A stretch of DNA of 63,946 bases, filler included, from Conidiobolus incongruus B7586 (GCA_000697335.1; 5 parts of 5 records of this genome joined end to end with filler, not necessarily neighbours in it); one strand, 5' to 3'. Positions 40,067 through 54,000 are shown, counted from the whole stretch's first letter. Notes: generated by a model from the sequence alone, not told the origin. Translations and numbers: made by a program.

Positions 40067-41819
40067 TTATTGTTCTAATTTGAGTCCATTTTCAATTAAT
40101 TGATAAGCCTAAATAATTCAAAATTAACATATATTTTAAGATTTAAAAAGTTACAATAAATTACACTTTGTAATGAATTAAAATATTCAGCAGCCATTTT
40201 GGTGAAAAAGTGCTTAGGGTTGATTGCGCCTTCCCAGAATCCTAAGTGACCTCCGACATTGGAAGTTACCAATAACAGATATGGATTGCACCTATAATAG
40301 GTTAATAATTAAAATATATTCAGATTAATGAATATCAAGAATTACTTGATTTCTTCTACTGGGATAGCAGCAACATGACTGACAGGATCATCAGTTGCAT
40401 TTAAAAATAAGGTAGGAATTCGAATGTGATGGATCCAACGATCACTACTAACACCTCTGTAATAATCACAAGCTGTCTTATAACCGTTAGCTTTAGCACT
40501 GATGGCATGATCGAAGTCCATAGGGATTTTGAACTATTGTTTGAAGTTAATTGAATGATAATTATTCTATATTGATATCAATTAATTACCTTAGTACTGG
40601 TGGGTTTAACAATTTTATCTAATTGTTCACGGTGTCTAGTAAAATATAAATAAAGATGAATTTAGCTATATATGATTAAGATATACCTTTTATAATATTT
40701 CATTAACCCCGCTAGCATAACAGGTCCAAAAACATTTCGACCCATGAAAGATTGACCCATCATTTTACTAATACTAAGATATTCAAGTTAATAAATTAAT
40801 CAATTTTAATCATGTTAATTTAATTCTTACAATACAAAATCAAATGGATTTCCAACTATAAAAGCTCCTGAAAATAAACAATTTTCACCAGTCTCTCCCA
40901 AGTACTAGTATTTGATTAATAATTAAGGTAACAATGTTCGGTAGGTATAATTTACTTTGGTAAGGAGATTACCTCCTAAAGAGAAACCAACGCCATAGAG
41001 AGGAGCATTAGGGAATCTGTTATGAATATAATTAACTATATGATCAAGGTCACCAGTATCACCTCCACCATAAATTTTAGGAGAAGTAAGTTTAGTACCA
41101 CCACCTAATAATAAGATTAAATAAAAAGTTGAATAGAAAAATATTAATTTACATACATCCTCTATAATTCATTACAACAGAAATAAAAGGTTTAGACTGT
41201 TTGTTCATATTTTGGACAATTTCTTGAATATTATGATCTCTGCTACCTAAATTAATTAACTTTAATCAATTATTCAATAGGATGATTAGAATCTATAATT
41301 ACTTCCACTGACTCCAGAGAGATAGATGATAATTGGGGTAGTAGATTTTTCTTCAGGGATCTCACTCCAATCTAATGAGAGTTGGCCACCATCTTCAAAT
41401 TGAATCATTTCTCTGAATGACGAATGAGATCTCTTATTAATTAACTCAAAACTTTCAATTTACCTTTCAAATTTGACACCCTTAATAGGTTTAACATAAC
41501 CGAAGTAGTAAGTCATTAAAAAACCACTTCTTAGCCAAAAGGTAGGGAAATATTTAGTTATTTGATTTAATGTAGAGCAATTTTCCAATAACCAACTCTT
41601 CAAACCGAATGGTTTAACTTTATCCGAGTTCTGTCTCAAGGATCTGTTGGGGTGCGAGCTAACTAGATTTAATTTTTCAATACCTTCATTATAGTTCAAA
41701 GTAAAGTTAACCGGAGTGAATAACGTTGATACGTTAAAAAGTAACAAAGCTAAGCCAATTGCATACACATATGGGATCAAATGTGATGGAATAAAAAATT
41801 TAAAGAATTCAGATATCAT
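40067..41819 (-). CDS. Alpha/beta hydrolase, EHT1/EEB1/ABHD1-3 family, copy C (multi-exon)
   Basis: DGGQLSLDW, GFSLGGNLL, NATDDPV, GGHLGFWEG; same exon structure as copy B. Confidence 0.9.
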
Positions 41820-42354
41820 ATTTAATAATTGATGTTGAATTATTAATAGTTTAGAGTAATTTATATAATAAATTCTTATTATTTAATTTTAATTTATTTG
41901 ATACCCTTTTTATACTAAAATATGTAATTCAAAATTCTCATAATACAAATAATTTTGATTTTAAAGTTTTATCCTAACTTATTTCAAAATTTCAATAATA
42001 TAATTTACAATTTTAATTGATTTTAATGGTTTTCACTAACTAATAATCAATTTAATACAGCCGTAGCTACTATGTTGTGATCAATATATATTTGTGCATA
42101 CCAAAGTTTAGTATTAAATATAAGTAAATATTTTCAAAAAAATAATTCTAAATTATTTCAATTTTTTGATAATAATTTTTTAAGCACCGCTCTAGAATAC
42201 TATTAGGAGTTCGCTAAAATCCATTAAAGAGAATTTTTTTATCAAATCCAATATTAAATTTAAACTATATTATTTTAAAAGTATATTGATGTATTTTGTT
42301 AATTTTTTTAATATTGGATTTGAAAAATATTAGTTTAGTTGAATAATATGAAAT

Positions 42355-42620
42355 CATATGAACCGTCGCCAGAAGTTACTGAATATGGTTATTAATTTTT
42401 CACTTTCAGTTATTATCCCGGTTTTTTGATGACTTTTTGGTCAATCAAGTACTATTATTTTACCCTTTTGAACAAAAAAATTCTAACATCTTCAAAATTA
42501 ACATCTTATTTAAACCAAAAAGCTGGAATTAGTAAACAATGTATAGACTATTTGGCTGATATTTTATTTTATGATAATAAATGGCAATTAGAGAGATATA
42601 AACTATTTATCCGTTGAAGT
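42355..42620 (+). mobile_element. Possible decayed hAT transposase C-terminal (dimerisation) remnant
   Basis: Frameshifted F.LLSRF.DDFL...TSSKLT...ISKQCID resembles FP.LS.LA.D.L...SER.FS; weak. Confidence 0.3.
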
Positions 42621-43599
42621 GAAATGAAGTATATATAATTTAAATATTTAACTTGAATTATTTAGAACTTTTGGTATAGTTAATTTCATTAATTATAAAA
42701 TCTATCAGAACTGATAAATATCTTAAATAGAAAATTCGAAAGTAGATTTCAATTATTGTTTACAATTAAGCTTTAAGGTATAGCAATTCAGAAATCACAT
42801 CTCATTTAATTTCAAGTTAAAAGATTTACTATTTAAGAATTTGAAGAACTTATCATTGACATGTTAATAAAGTTAATTCATTTATTCATTTATCTATGCG
42901 CGAAAATTCTGAATATTAACCAACAACAGAATTTCATATGCTCCTTTAATACTATAAATGATAATTTCAATATTTTAAAGGTCATTTTATAAAATAATAT
43001 AATACCTTAAATTGGAAATTATTATATATTTATATTTTTTGTGTTCTAAACATTGTATTAATAACACATTTATTTAAAATGCTAATCTAATCATATATTT
43101 TAAATTTTTTATGGATATTCTCAAGCTCTTTTAATTCAGAAAAAAAATTGAACATAGTTTAAAATTGAATAGCTTAATATATTAAATTTTTATAAAAGTA
43201 TACTTGAATAGTTAACAAAATTGATACCAAATATGTATCATAATCAATAAAGAAATTTGGATATATTTATATGCTTTAATATTGATCTTAATTTTTATTA
43301 AAGACTTGATATAATCACTAGATATTTTATTGAATTTTTGGTTAATAAATATTATAATTCATATTTAAAGAAATTATTTTATTGAAATAAAATTATTAAT
43401 TATAATGGATTTGCTATATAGTTTATAATATCATCAAAAATTAATAATTAATTACATAACCTAAATATTATTTATTGACTTTATTAAAAAGTTATCAAGT
43501 AAGAAAAATTATATTAAATAATAAGACTAATATATATTAAAAAACTATTTTTGAAATTCTTATATAAAATTCTATATAATTCATTTAACTCTTAATTAA

Positions 43600-45800
43600 T
43601 TAATATATATTTTTAAAGTTAATTTAATTGTGAAATTAATATTAATTTAACTGATAAACATGGTTCCTCTTTTTTCCTCTTAATTTTTATTATTTCTGAT
43701 ATTTTACCATTCTTTTCTCTAAGATCAAAACTATATCAATTAATATCTATCAATGTATATCATTGATACTATCTTATATAAAATCTAATATATTATTATT
43801 TACTCATAGTTTATGAAGGTTAGCTAAATTTTGTTTATATTTACATTATTCTGCCATATTAAAGGCTATGTTATTTTTATATTTAGCCTTCCTCTATATT
43901 ATATCTAATATTTATATTATAAAAATTAAATATATTTTAACTTTTAAAATGAAAATAGAAAAAATATTAAAGAATCAATATTATATTAAATTATCAATAA
44001 ATTTTTAATCCTAAAAACAGTTTTTATTAAACAATAATATTTAATACTGCACTTTTTAATTTGATTTTTATATTGACCTTAAATATCTTACATATATATT
44101 TTATATTTGTCCAAATTAATTTCAATCACAAAAGTTGTGATCATGTTGATAAATTAAATATAGCAGATTCTTTATTAGTTTTAATTTCAAAAATTTCTTT
44201 ATATCAAAATTTTTATTAATATTAATATAATGATTTAATAATGAATATAATTAATATTTTTTGAAAATAATAGAAATAGACTTTTATATTGATATTCTTC
44301 AAAAATATAGCATTGATTTAATTTAGAAATTTACTTATATATAAATATTTGCTAATAAGCAATTATTAAGATTTAATATTAATTTTTTAGTTTCATATTT
44401 CTATTTTATTTTATTTCATTTAATTTTAACTTTTATAATATTATTTGAGTTTTTCAAATACTATGAGATTTTTTATATATTTTTATTAGTTTAATGAAAC
44501 TTAATCTTTAATTTATTTGATATATTTTTAAAATTATTATTAGTTTTAGTTCAATTTTTTTCATATAAAATTTCGTTATAATATTAAATATAAATCTTTT
44601 AACAATTATAAAAATAATTATAATAATTAATCTTATATATTTTGAGAAATATTGGATAATCTACCTTATAATTTGAAATTAAAGTTTTAATGACTATTGA
44701 TTTTTATAGATTAAATATAATCTTTATCAATATTTTTAAATTTGCTATGATTTTAAGTAATTTATGTTTGAATTTTTATCTTATCAAAATTAAACAATTA
44801 TTAATCCTTATTTGATTTAAATATAATAAAAATTCAAAATCCAATCTTTATATATAAATATATATATATAATTAAACCATATAATTTCATTTTTTATTTC
44901 TGATTAAGTTTAAGTAACTTAAATATTAATATATTTGGAATATTATGATATTAAAAAAAAGATATTATTATATATTTCTAAACTAATAACAATCTAATTA
45001 TATAGTGAGTTGATAATTATAATATGATAAAATCTATAATATTAAAAAAAATATTCGAGCATTAAAATCATTAATGAAAAATTAGACTAAATATAAAAAT
45101 CTAAGCTTATATATTGGTTTTGGTGAAAATATAAAAAATAATTAAAAAGATAAAATAATGAAAACAAATTTTTAATATCAAGATATATTTCAATATGGTT
45201 GTTATATTAAAGTTTGGATTATTTAATATTTATGATATAATTAATTATAACCAAATTATTATATTGTCATATTTTATACTAGTATCCAATCTTAATTTGA
45301 AAAATAATCCTGTATTATTTAAATATTAGTTTATTTTTATCATATATTCAAAAATTCGATCAAAATTTATAGTATAAAATTTGATTTATTTTTTCTATTA
45401 TATAAATTTTAATTTTAAAAAAATATTACCTCAGTATCAAATAAATTGGAAATTTATTAATTTCCAATAATTCAAGTATATTAAAATCAAAAAAACTTTA
45501 CACATAATAAATAAGAAAATATATAGATTTAAACTATAGATATATTGATATATATTATATTTTTATTAAATAATATATGTTTAATTTGAATTTGATTAAA
45601 TTAAATAATAATCACCGCAAGTCTTATATTATATAATCAATAAAAACTTAATTATAAACCTTCTAAAATTATTTGAAATTTACTAATAGCTTGTAAATAT
45701 AATCTTTTATTTATATAGACTAATTATTACTAGGTTAACTACTCTAAAGCTTTAAAAAAATTATATTAAACTAATTAATATCAAAAAAAAACAAATTTGA
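43600..45800 (-). mobile_element. Highly decayed Ty3/gypsy pol relic (RT to integrase); boundaries approximate
   Basis: 45640-45735 aligns with 62960-63055 (RT-like); 43655-43860 aligns with 58735-58920 (integrase-like). Confidence 0.5.
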
Positions 45801-46171
45801 ACTGATATTTCTTTATTTGCAGATAAAATAAAATTAAAAAATATTATTTTATTTTAGCCAAAGTGTAATTTATTTATAGTAATATTAGTAATACATATAT
45901 AATATATATTATATATATATATATATTATATATTAAATTAGATTAAATAATAAAAATATAAAATAAATATCCTATAATAAAATTAAAATTTAAAAAAAAT
46001 AAAATAGTTATAATTAAATAAAATTTATTAAATTATAATTAAAAATAAAAGTCATAATTATAAATTATTAANNNNNNNNNNNNNNNNNNNNNNNNNNNNN
46101 NNNNNNNNNNNNNNNTTAATTAATTAANNNNNNNNNNNNNNNNNNNNNNNNNNNNNNNNNNNNNNNNNNNN

Positions 46172-46503
46172 CCCAGCAATAAATTGTTGATTTAGATAAT
46201 GCTTCATTACCAAAAGCTGTTTGTAAATTTTGAATGATTTTAGAGGGTTTGTGGTTAAGTTTTACTGATACTAAAATAAAAGACTTTTGATGGTCACTAT
46301 TTGGTTTAAGCATGATTAAATTAAACAACTAATTTTAAAAAATTCATTTTTTAATCAAAAAAATTATTATATATATATATATATATATAATTCAAAACTA
46401 TTTATTTTCCTATTTGTTTTGTATATATTTGCTTATTTGAAACTAATAATATGTTTGAAAAATCAGAAATTAAAAAATTTCCCATTTCTTCAATTCCATG
46501 GTA
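46172..46503 (-). mobile_element. Mariner-type transposon 5' end with N-terminal HTH of the transposase, running into a gap
   Basis: MLKPNSDHQKSFIL...KPSKIIQNLQTAFGNEALSKSTIYCW fits the Mos1-like HTH. Putative terminus TA|CCATGGAATTGAAG; a related copy lies at about 31070-31180. Confidence 0.75.
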
Positions 46504-47159
46504 ATAAAATATAGATTCAAATAGTTTTATTATTGAACCCTTAAATATAATATTATTAATTTAAAATTATGTTTTTTTGAGCACATAGTTCTATACAAAT
46601 TATATCAAACTATGAACTTCAAATTCATTTGAACATACTGCAAAACATTATAATTGCTTAATAATATTATTTTATTAATTGACTTATCTCGAGCTTATTA
46701 TATGGAATTGTGAAAGGACTTGTGAATATTTCGAAACATTGAAACCTTGAAAATAAAAGAATAAAATTTTGGAATATTAGTATGATTATAATGATGAAAA
46801 TATACGATGGTTACATAAAAGGTTAAATATTAACAAGATTATTAATAAATATTTGAAAATATTTGATAGAATTTTATATTAACATTGTGAATATTTAATA
46901 ATTATTTAAGTTATGGTTATATTTTTAGAAAATATTTTAACAGTTTAAATTTAAAAGAATATAGAAAATATTATTATAATAATATATTAAGAATAATGAT
47001 AAAAAAATTAGAAATAAGAAAATTATTATGAAAATCTTGTAAAAGAAAAACAAATGAAAATAATAACTAATATTAAGTAGTAAATTACTAAAAAATATGA
47101 AAAATTTGAATAAAGTAAGAATCTTTGCAAAAAGAGAATTATTAAAATAAATTAATAAT

Positions 47160-47732
47160 GTTGTCGCGGTTATTAGCTCCTTGAGTGTCTTCGAGGATAC
47201 TGACACAGCGATTGTGTAGGCCAGATTGTGAAACATCGTGCCTACAAACTGAGGTAGGTTACCGATGATCAGTTCCCAGACCATCCGACTGATTATTGTT
47301 GAATGGGGCGTTGAAGAGGGCGACTAAATTAGTAGCAGCAGTGGCAGTATGAGTATTTGACATGCTAAGAAGGCAAAATCACAGAACATCAATAGGAATA
47401 GATGTAGAACGGATAATTGAATATGTCTCGAGTGAAGCTATAGGTGACTCCTTGAGTATGCTCGGAAGCAGGTTTCGAGCAGAAAAATAAGGCTTACTTG
47501 TAAATTAGAAAAAAGAAAGAGTCTTCTTTTGAATTGAGTGAGAAGTGTTAGCAAAAGTAGGCAATGGCAAATGAATAGCGTGGTTGTAAGACATGTAAAT
47601 ATTATGATATCAAGAGTTTAGAGCTTTATTCACAACTGGTTGGAATTATTTATATGGCTAAACTGAGAAGTTTGGTGATTTGATAGTGATTTTTGAGTGA
47701 GAGAAGGTATCAATTAGATAACAATTGTCACA
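47160..47732 (-). mobile_element. Putative LTR (47585-47732) and decayed internal sequence, divergent from tRNA-His
   Basis: Minus strand reads TGTGACA...TATAAATA...AATAAA...TGTCTTACA, followed by about 420 bp of GC-richer sequence with interrupted frames. Confidence 0.45.
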
Positions 47733-47742
47733 AACGTAGTAG

Positions 47743-47813
47743 GCCGTTGTAGTATAGTGGTAGTACGAAGCGTTGTGGCCGCTCAGACCGCGGTTCGATT
47801 CCGCGCAACGGCA
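47743..47813 (+). tRNA. tRNA-His(GTG)
   Basis: Acceptor GCCGTTG/CAACGGC plus A73, anticodon loop TTGTGGC, T arm CGCGG-TTCGATT-CCGCG. Confidence 0.95.
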
Positions 47814-49843
47814 TTCAAAATTTTTCGTTTGAGTTTTTTTAATTAATTTTTTACCTATTTTTGTTAATTCTATAAAATTTCTGACTCATAATGTCCTTAT
47901 TTAATATTCATTAAACAATATCTTATAGTCTATTTTACATTTTAAATTTGGCATTTATACTTTATTAAATAAGAACTCTAACTTAAAATCTTCAATAATC
48001 CAATATAATTATTTCCTCGTCATAAACAATATTTTGCTTTTATATATTTATATTCTGTTAGAATAACATTTAATATAAAGAACAATTCAAATTTTGAACA
48101 AATTTCCCTGAGCTATAGTTAATGAAAAACAGTATTTCATTACAATATTGTATATATTTGTATTAATAAAATATAATTTCATTCAATAATTTGATATCTG
48201 AGCATATGAATTATTTGCACATTATTTGTTTTTTATAAGACAATTTTTGGATGATAAATTTCAAATATTATTAATATTAAAGTAAATTTGTTTTATTTCA
48301 GTGATTTTTAAGTAATTTCATAACATAATGTAACAAAATCTGTAAGATTTTGCCAATTTATATATAAAGCTTGGAATTTTAATAAAAATACAGTATTCTT
48401 TTTAATTTTACTCCTCATTCTATTCTAAGTTAGCCCTTTAATTATAAAAATTACACAATTTGAATAATGTGAAATTTCAAAAGTCATTAAATAGTCAAAA
48501 TAATTTTTGTATATCTTAAAATATATTTATCAAAAAATATTTTAATATTGTGGTTTACCCTTTAAATATTTATTTCAATTTCTGAACATTTACTTATTCA
48601 ATATTTAATTCTTTTCGAAATTAATTTTAATTAATTTACTTAATACTAGTCAAATGTTCATTTTGATTAAATCAATAGGCTCATTTATTGAAATAACTAT
48701 TTAATTATTATTTACAAACTTTATAAGTCTTTGTTGAACTATTTTAGTTATTATATGATTAGAATATAATATATTTAGAATATGGGATTTAGTTTTCTAT
48801 ATTGCTTGAAAATAATGGTACAAAATAATGAAGCTATCATATTTAGTTGGAGGTGGAAATAATATTTATCGGTTAGATTAATTAAGAATCAACTAAGTGA
48901 TATTGACTTAATATATTTTTGAAAAAGTTTAGAAATGAAGTAGTTTTAAAATAAATTTATGTGAATCAGGGATAACACGTGTTTTTGGACTCTAACCAAT
49001 TCTCTAGATTTATCTATAATATTTTGTAAGTATTCAAGGTTTTTACTAACCCCTTTTCATGACGAAAATTCATTTAATTTTTATTAGTTACCTTAGGTCT
49101 GTATTAGTAGTAGTTATTATCCGAAATTTAACATTAATACCACATTAAGCTCAATAATGTTACAGGAATAATGAATTTTATTCACTTTGAATATTTTAAT
49201 TTACAGCTGTATTACGTAATATTGAAAAATTTGGATAAAAATGAGATTAGAATTTATATAGAACCCGAAAATAGAATTATCAGTCTTGTGATAAACTAGC
49301 GAATATTATTATAATACATTGTGAAGTTTAATTTAATCGATTACCATTCAATTATTCATATTAAAAAACAATTCTAATTATTAACTTCTGAATAAGAAAT
49401 ACTGATAAATACAAAATCTAATAAGGCTGCAAAGCCACTAAATATAAATCAACTGATTTTTAAAATAACTAAAACCCTTAACCTTTTTTAATCTGAAACA
49501 ATTACCACTCTCTATATCCCTGACTCCCTTTGTTCTCCTTTAAAAACAGTCTAAATCAAGTAAAAAATATGTTGTTGATCAGTGTCATGTAAATTATAAA
49601 CAAATTAAAAAATTATTATATTTGACGATGAATAAAGAATAAAGAGAAAGATTAGTCGCAATTTATTATATTTGTGGATTCATTTTAGGTTATTATTATG
49701 TTATTTTACAGTGAATTAGTTAAATTGTTAAAGTACAATAAAATGTTCTGATAATTGAGGCTATTCGGGCAATTGATTAGTATCAGAAAAGTATGTTTTG
49801 TAATGTTTTTAAGCTATATCGAACAAATAAAATAGTAGCTGAA

Positions 49844-51166
49844 TTAATTTTTAGTAGCCTGGTCTGGGAAATGATTGTTGATATCCCAGATAATAATTTG
49901 TCTCATTTGCAGAAATTGTTGATTGCTTGGTTTGCTGATCCAAGAGGTTAGAATAGCTGGAGCAAGACCATATTCAACGGGAAGGCCATACAATAAATAT
50001 GTAAGTCTACGTGCATATCTGATTTGGTCAAATTTAGTGTATCCTAAACGTTTAAGGCAAGCATAAGCGAAGTTAGGTAATCTGGATTGGTCTCTGTGGC
50101 GTTTTAATAACAAACCGAGGCGGTAGTTGAGGTAATTATAACCACCTGCATTATACAGTCCATGTTGAGCTAATCCTTGACTTGCTGGTTGTGTGGGAGT
50201 AGAATTGTGGCGCAAATCCATAATGCCAGTTAACAAAAAAGTGGCTTCTTCTCTCCAGTTTCTGAACTTCCAAGGATAACTCACCTGTGGAATAGGTCTA
50301 CGATAATTTTTGGTCATTGTTTTAACAAATTGACCAAATTCAGTTACATCCATTGCGTTAGTACCAAGAAGGTGAGGACTGACAAGATGTATGGGGAAAA
50401 CGGTTGAGTTAAAGGCTTCATTTGGCTGAACTGTAATAGGAATATTCTCAGACAGGTCAAGCTTGGCAGATTTGGCGGCGTTGAGACGAGAAATCAAATA
50501 TTCTACAGATAATTGAGCTCCATCGCCTTTTTGGAGTTCAAATGAAAAACAGGTAGCTTTAGAAGCTGCCTTAGACTTGGACGGCTGCTCTTCTTTTGTT
50601 GAGGGATCAGAGTCAAAGCCTGAAGACACTACGGATATGGAAGACGCTGGACTAGAAGCATCATACGAGAGATTGACTATTTCTTCATCCTTAATATTTT
50701 GTTCACTATTAGCTAGCTGATTGGCAGCTGGTCCAAAAGAGGGTGAAAAACCAGAGCTTTGCGTTGAAGGAGTTGGAATAGTTTCTGAGTCTTGAGAAGA
50801 GGCGCGATATTTGGATCGAGTATTCTGTGACTTGGTCTTTTTATCAGCAATTTTTCCATTAGACGAATTCTGTTTGTTGGCGAGCACAAGATGCTTTTCG
50901 AGAGAAATGGTGTTATTATCTTGAATAAGTAAAATATCTTGATCACCAAAGACTACATCGTCGATTTGATTTTGTCTCATCAATGTAAGAAGCTGATTTA
51001 ATATAGGAGCAAACGTCTTTTTGACATCCTGAGTAGTGGAGCTTCTAGTTTTTGTGATTTTTGACGATATAACTCCTTTGGCAGAGGATGTGTGTTTTTG
51101 ACTGGGTTGACTAGTGTTTAATTTATAAAGATTATTAGATACATTTTTCGAGTTGATATTGCTCAT
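49844..51166 (-). CDS. Hypothetical protein, 440 aa, single exon; Ser/Thr/Lys-rich N-half and basic helical C-terminal domain
   Basis: Uninterrupted 1.3-kb ORF with coding-like GC; first ATG at 51166; TATAAATA about 95 bp upstream; no family recognised. Confidence 0.8.
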   Translation of the reverse strand: MSNINSKNVSNNLYKLNTSQPSQKHTSSAKGVISSKITKTRSSTTQDVKKTFAPILNQLLTLMRQNQIDDVVFGDQDILLIQDNNTISLEKHLVLANKQNSSNGKIADKKTKSQNTRSKYRASSQDSETIPTPSTQSSGFSPSFGPAANQLANSEQNIKDEEIVNLSYDASSPASSISVVSSGFDSDPSTKEEQPSKSKAASKATCFSFELQKGDGAQLSVEYLISRLNAAKSAKLDLSENIPITVQPNEAFNSTVFPIHLVSPHLLGTNAMDVTEFGQFVKTMTKNYRRPIPQVSYPWKFRNWREEATFLLTGIMDLRHNSTPTQPASQGLAQHGLYNAGGYNYLNYRLGLLLKRHRDQSRLPNFAYACLKRLGYTKFDQIRYARRLTYLLYGLPVEYGLAPAILTSWISKPSNQQFLQMRQIIIWDINNHFPDQATKN

Positions 51167-52599
51167 TATAAAAAAGAAAATAATTAGTAAATTTAAATAA
51201 AAATACAAAGAGAAAAAATACGTAAAATAACTTGAATTGAATTGACTGTCTCATAGGGGTATTTATACTAATAAAAGGTTAAAACTGATCCCTTCAATTG
51301 ATGTGTGTAAAAACTATTCTTCATAACCAATCAGAATGATGAATATCTTTATCAGGGGTATTTAATAAGCTCGAATGACGAAGTTATCATAATATGATTG
51401 GATCATTTTTAATCTTTAAATATCCATTCAATTATTTGGCAAGGTGAAATGATTTCAAAATGAATCAAAAATGGGTTAGATTTCAATGTTTAGAATATTG
51501 ACAAAATAAACTAGCTAGAGCTCTCTATCCTCTAATTCTTCAATTTAGCAAAAGATCATCGTAAATTATCGATCTGAAGCTATTTTAATTTCTTTTATGA
51601 ATATCATATTGACTATATGTAATATCTCCTTTGCACTTCCAATTTGTTAGCTAATGACCTCCAAGCTAAGAATTCACCAAACGCTCACCCCACATTTTTG
51701 TTTCTTGCGTTAACATTAAAACATACATATTCTAATTTAGGTAGTGTTACTCTATCCCTAATCATTAAGATATTCAGCTATCATTAACAAAATATAAGAT
51801 CCAATATAACTCCACTTATCAAACACTCTTTATATCGTATCCAATCCCCCTATTTTATATCCCTTAACTCTTTTTATATGAAATATATCATTATTCATGG
51901 CTGATTCTTTTAATATTAATTATCTTTTATTATGATTTTATAGCAAAATAGGAATTGATTGGTATATAAAATTAGTCACATAAATTTCCTTTACTCTTCA
52001 TTTTTATATTTTATAACCATATTTACTATAAAAATAATATATAATCATTAATAAAAATAATATTCAATTTAATTATAACATCAAAAATGGTGACTGATTA
52101 ATTGAGATGTGTGTAAACTTTTTATCCATTAAATTAATAAAATTTTAATTTATTGATCCCTAATAATTATCCTTTCTAATTGTATTGATAAATTAACACA
52201 ATATAAAGATTCCATAAACAAGAAATATAAATGATGATTTTAAATAAACTAGTAATATTTTTTGTCTTAATTTTTACACTTCTCCTTTTATAAAGCTTAA
52301 AAATTATAAATATTTTTCGAAATTTTTGGTGTGGGTGTTCGAATTTGTTTATTAAATTATTGTGTATTATAATATGCTTTACTGTGATTGGTTAACTTAG
52401 TGTTAGTGACTGTTATTTTAAGATTTTACTGGTCAAAATCTTTAAAATAAAAATTTAAACAAAATTACGAATAATATCAATGCTTTTCAACACGATATTA
52501 AAGTAGAAATATTATTATTCTTTATTTTTTAAGGATGTTTATTTTCTAAATTTAGATTCAATAAAATTGATTTGCAATTTAAGTTTTGATTTAAGCAAT

Positions 52600-54000
52600 A
52601 ATCTACAATGATTAAGAAAAATATATTATATACAGCTATAATATAAAAAATTCGCTTATTCCAAGTTGATACATCTGAAGTGCTAATATATCAATCAAAG
52701 CTATATTTGTATACTTCATAATAATTACAATATATATAATACTTGATATAATTTATTGTTTAACAAGAACTTGAAATAATTTATATTACTGAATCTAATT
52801 ATAGCGTTTAAAAGTATTCCCCCACTACATTATAAACACATCCAATATAAAACTAAAATTTACTGAAGCTAACTAAAAATTATAATTTTTTATATCAATT
52901 AATATTTGCAAATTTAAATATAATGATTAAGGTAATAAGTTTAATATTCGACTTTTGACTTTTCCAAAATACATGTTTCCTTTGAGTTATCAGATTTAAT
53001 ATACTCATATTTTAAATTCAAATTTAACTTTATCAAATAAGCAATTTTGAAGGAGATTTCAGAAATATGATTTTAATGTGTTGATATATTTACTTTAATA
53101 TGTAAATTGAAAAATGGAATTTCCAAAATAGTTTATCAATTCTACGAAATATCATAAAAACTTCCTAATGTATAAAACAGCGTCTAATCATATATTTTAA
53201 AAATTCATTCGATCTCCAAACTTGTCAAAGATTATCGTATCAACATGATAAATTTAAGACTGACTGCAAATAATAATACCTAAATGTTTAACCATGTGAA
53301 TAACTGGTAGTTGAGGGACATTGAACAATATTTCAATATTAACTGCATTCAATCCTTATATTATAAATTCATCTAACAAATGACATTAACAAGAATTGGT
53401 TAAAATAACCATTGTATAAACTATTTTAAATGATATTATGAAAATTCGACCAATTAATAACATACCTTGATAATGGTTAAATAGTTTCTTGGTTTTTTAA
53501 AATCTTTTAATGATAGATTTTTAATGCATTGAATCAAATTAACTTCTTAGATGATTTAATTATTATTTAGATGTTATTCCATGAATAAATATTTCCAAAT
53601 ATGGAATCTATCCTACGAAATTATAATTTTTATAGTTCTACCATCGATTGAATATGGTTGAAGAGTTAAGTCTGAAATTTTAAAAATTGGATTTATGGTG
53701 TTTTTTCATTTTACTTTGATTATAATTTTAAGTGTATCTTAACATTAAATATATTTATAGTTATTTTTATAAAAGAAATATATAGATATTATTCCTTTTA
53801 GGCTTAAATGTATATGCATATATTTTAAAATTATAGTTTTAAAAACTTCCAAGAGAACTGTTCAATCTCTGAAACTTTGGTAGTATCTTGTTTACCAGCT
53901 AAAATTATTTGGATTTTCTAAATAACCTCTGATTCCAACTATATGATCCAAAATATTTTGACAATCTGAAATATGATTCCTATTGAATCTTAATATTTTT
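52600..54000 (+). pseudogene. Possible decayed F-box/LRR-like gene; boundaries approximate
   Basis: Interrupted Leu/Ile/Asn-rich reading with an F-box-like remnant (QELEII...PLHYKHI); no intact ORF. Confidence 0.25.

Noticed and set aside
42245..42321. 15-bp inverted repeat AAATCCAATATTAAA
   Set aside because: AT-rich, no second copy or target-site duplication seen; cannot call a MITE.
46937..47284. 115-aa hydrophobic ORF
   Set aside because: The C-terminal half is read-through into low-complexity AT-rich DNA and the upstream frame has stops.
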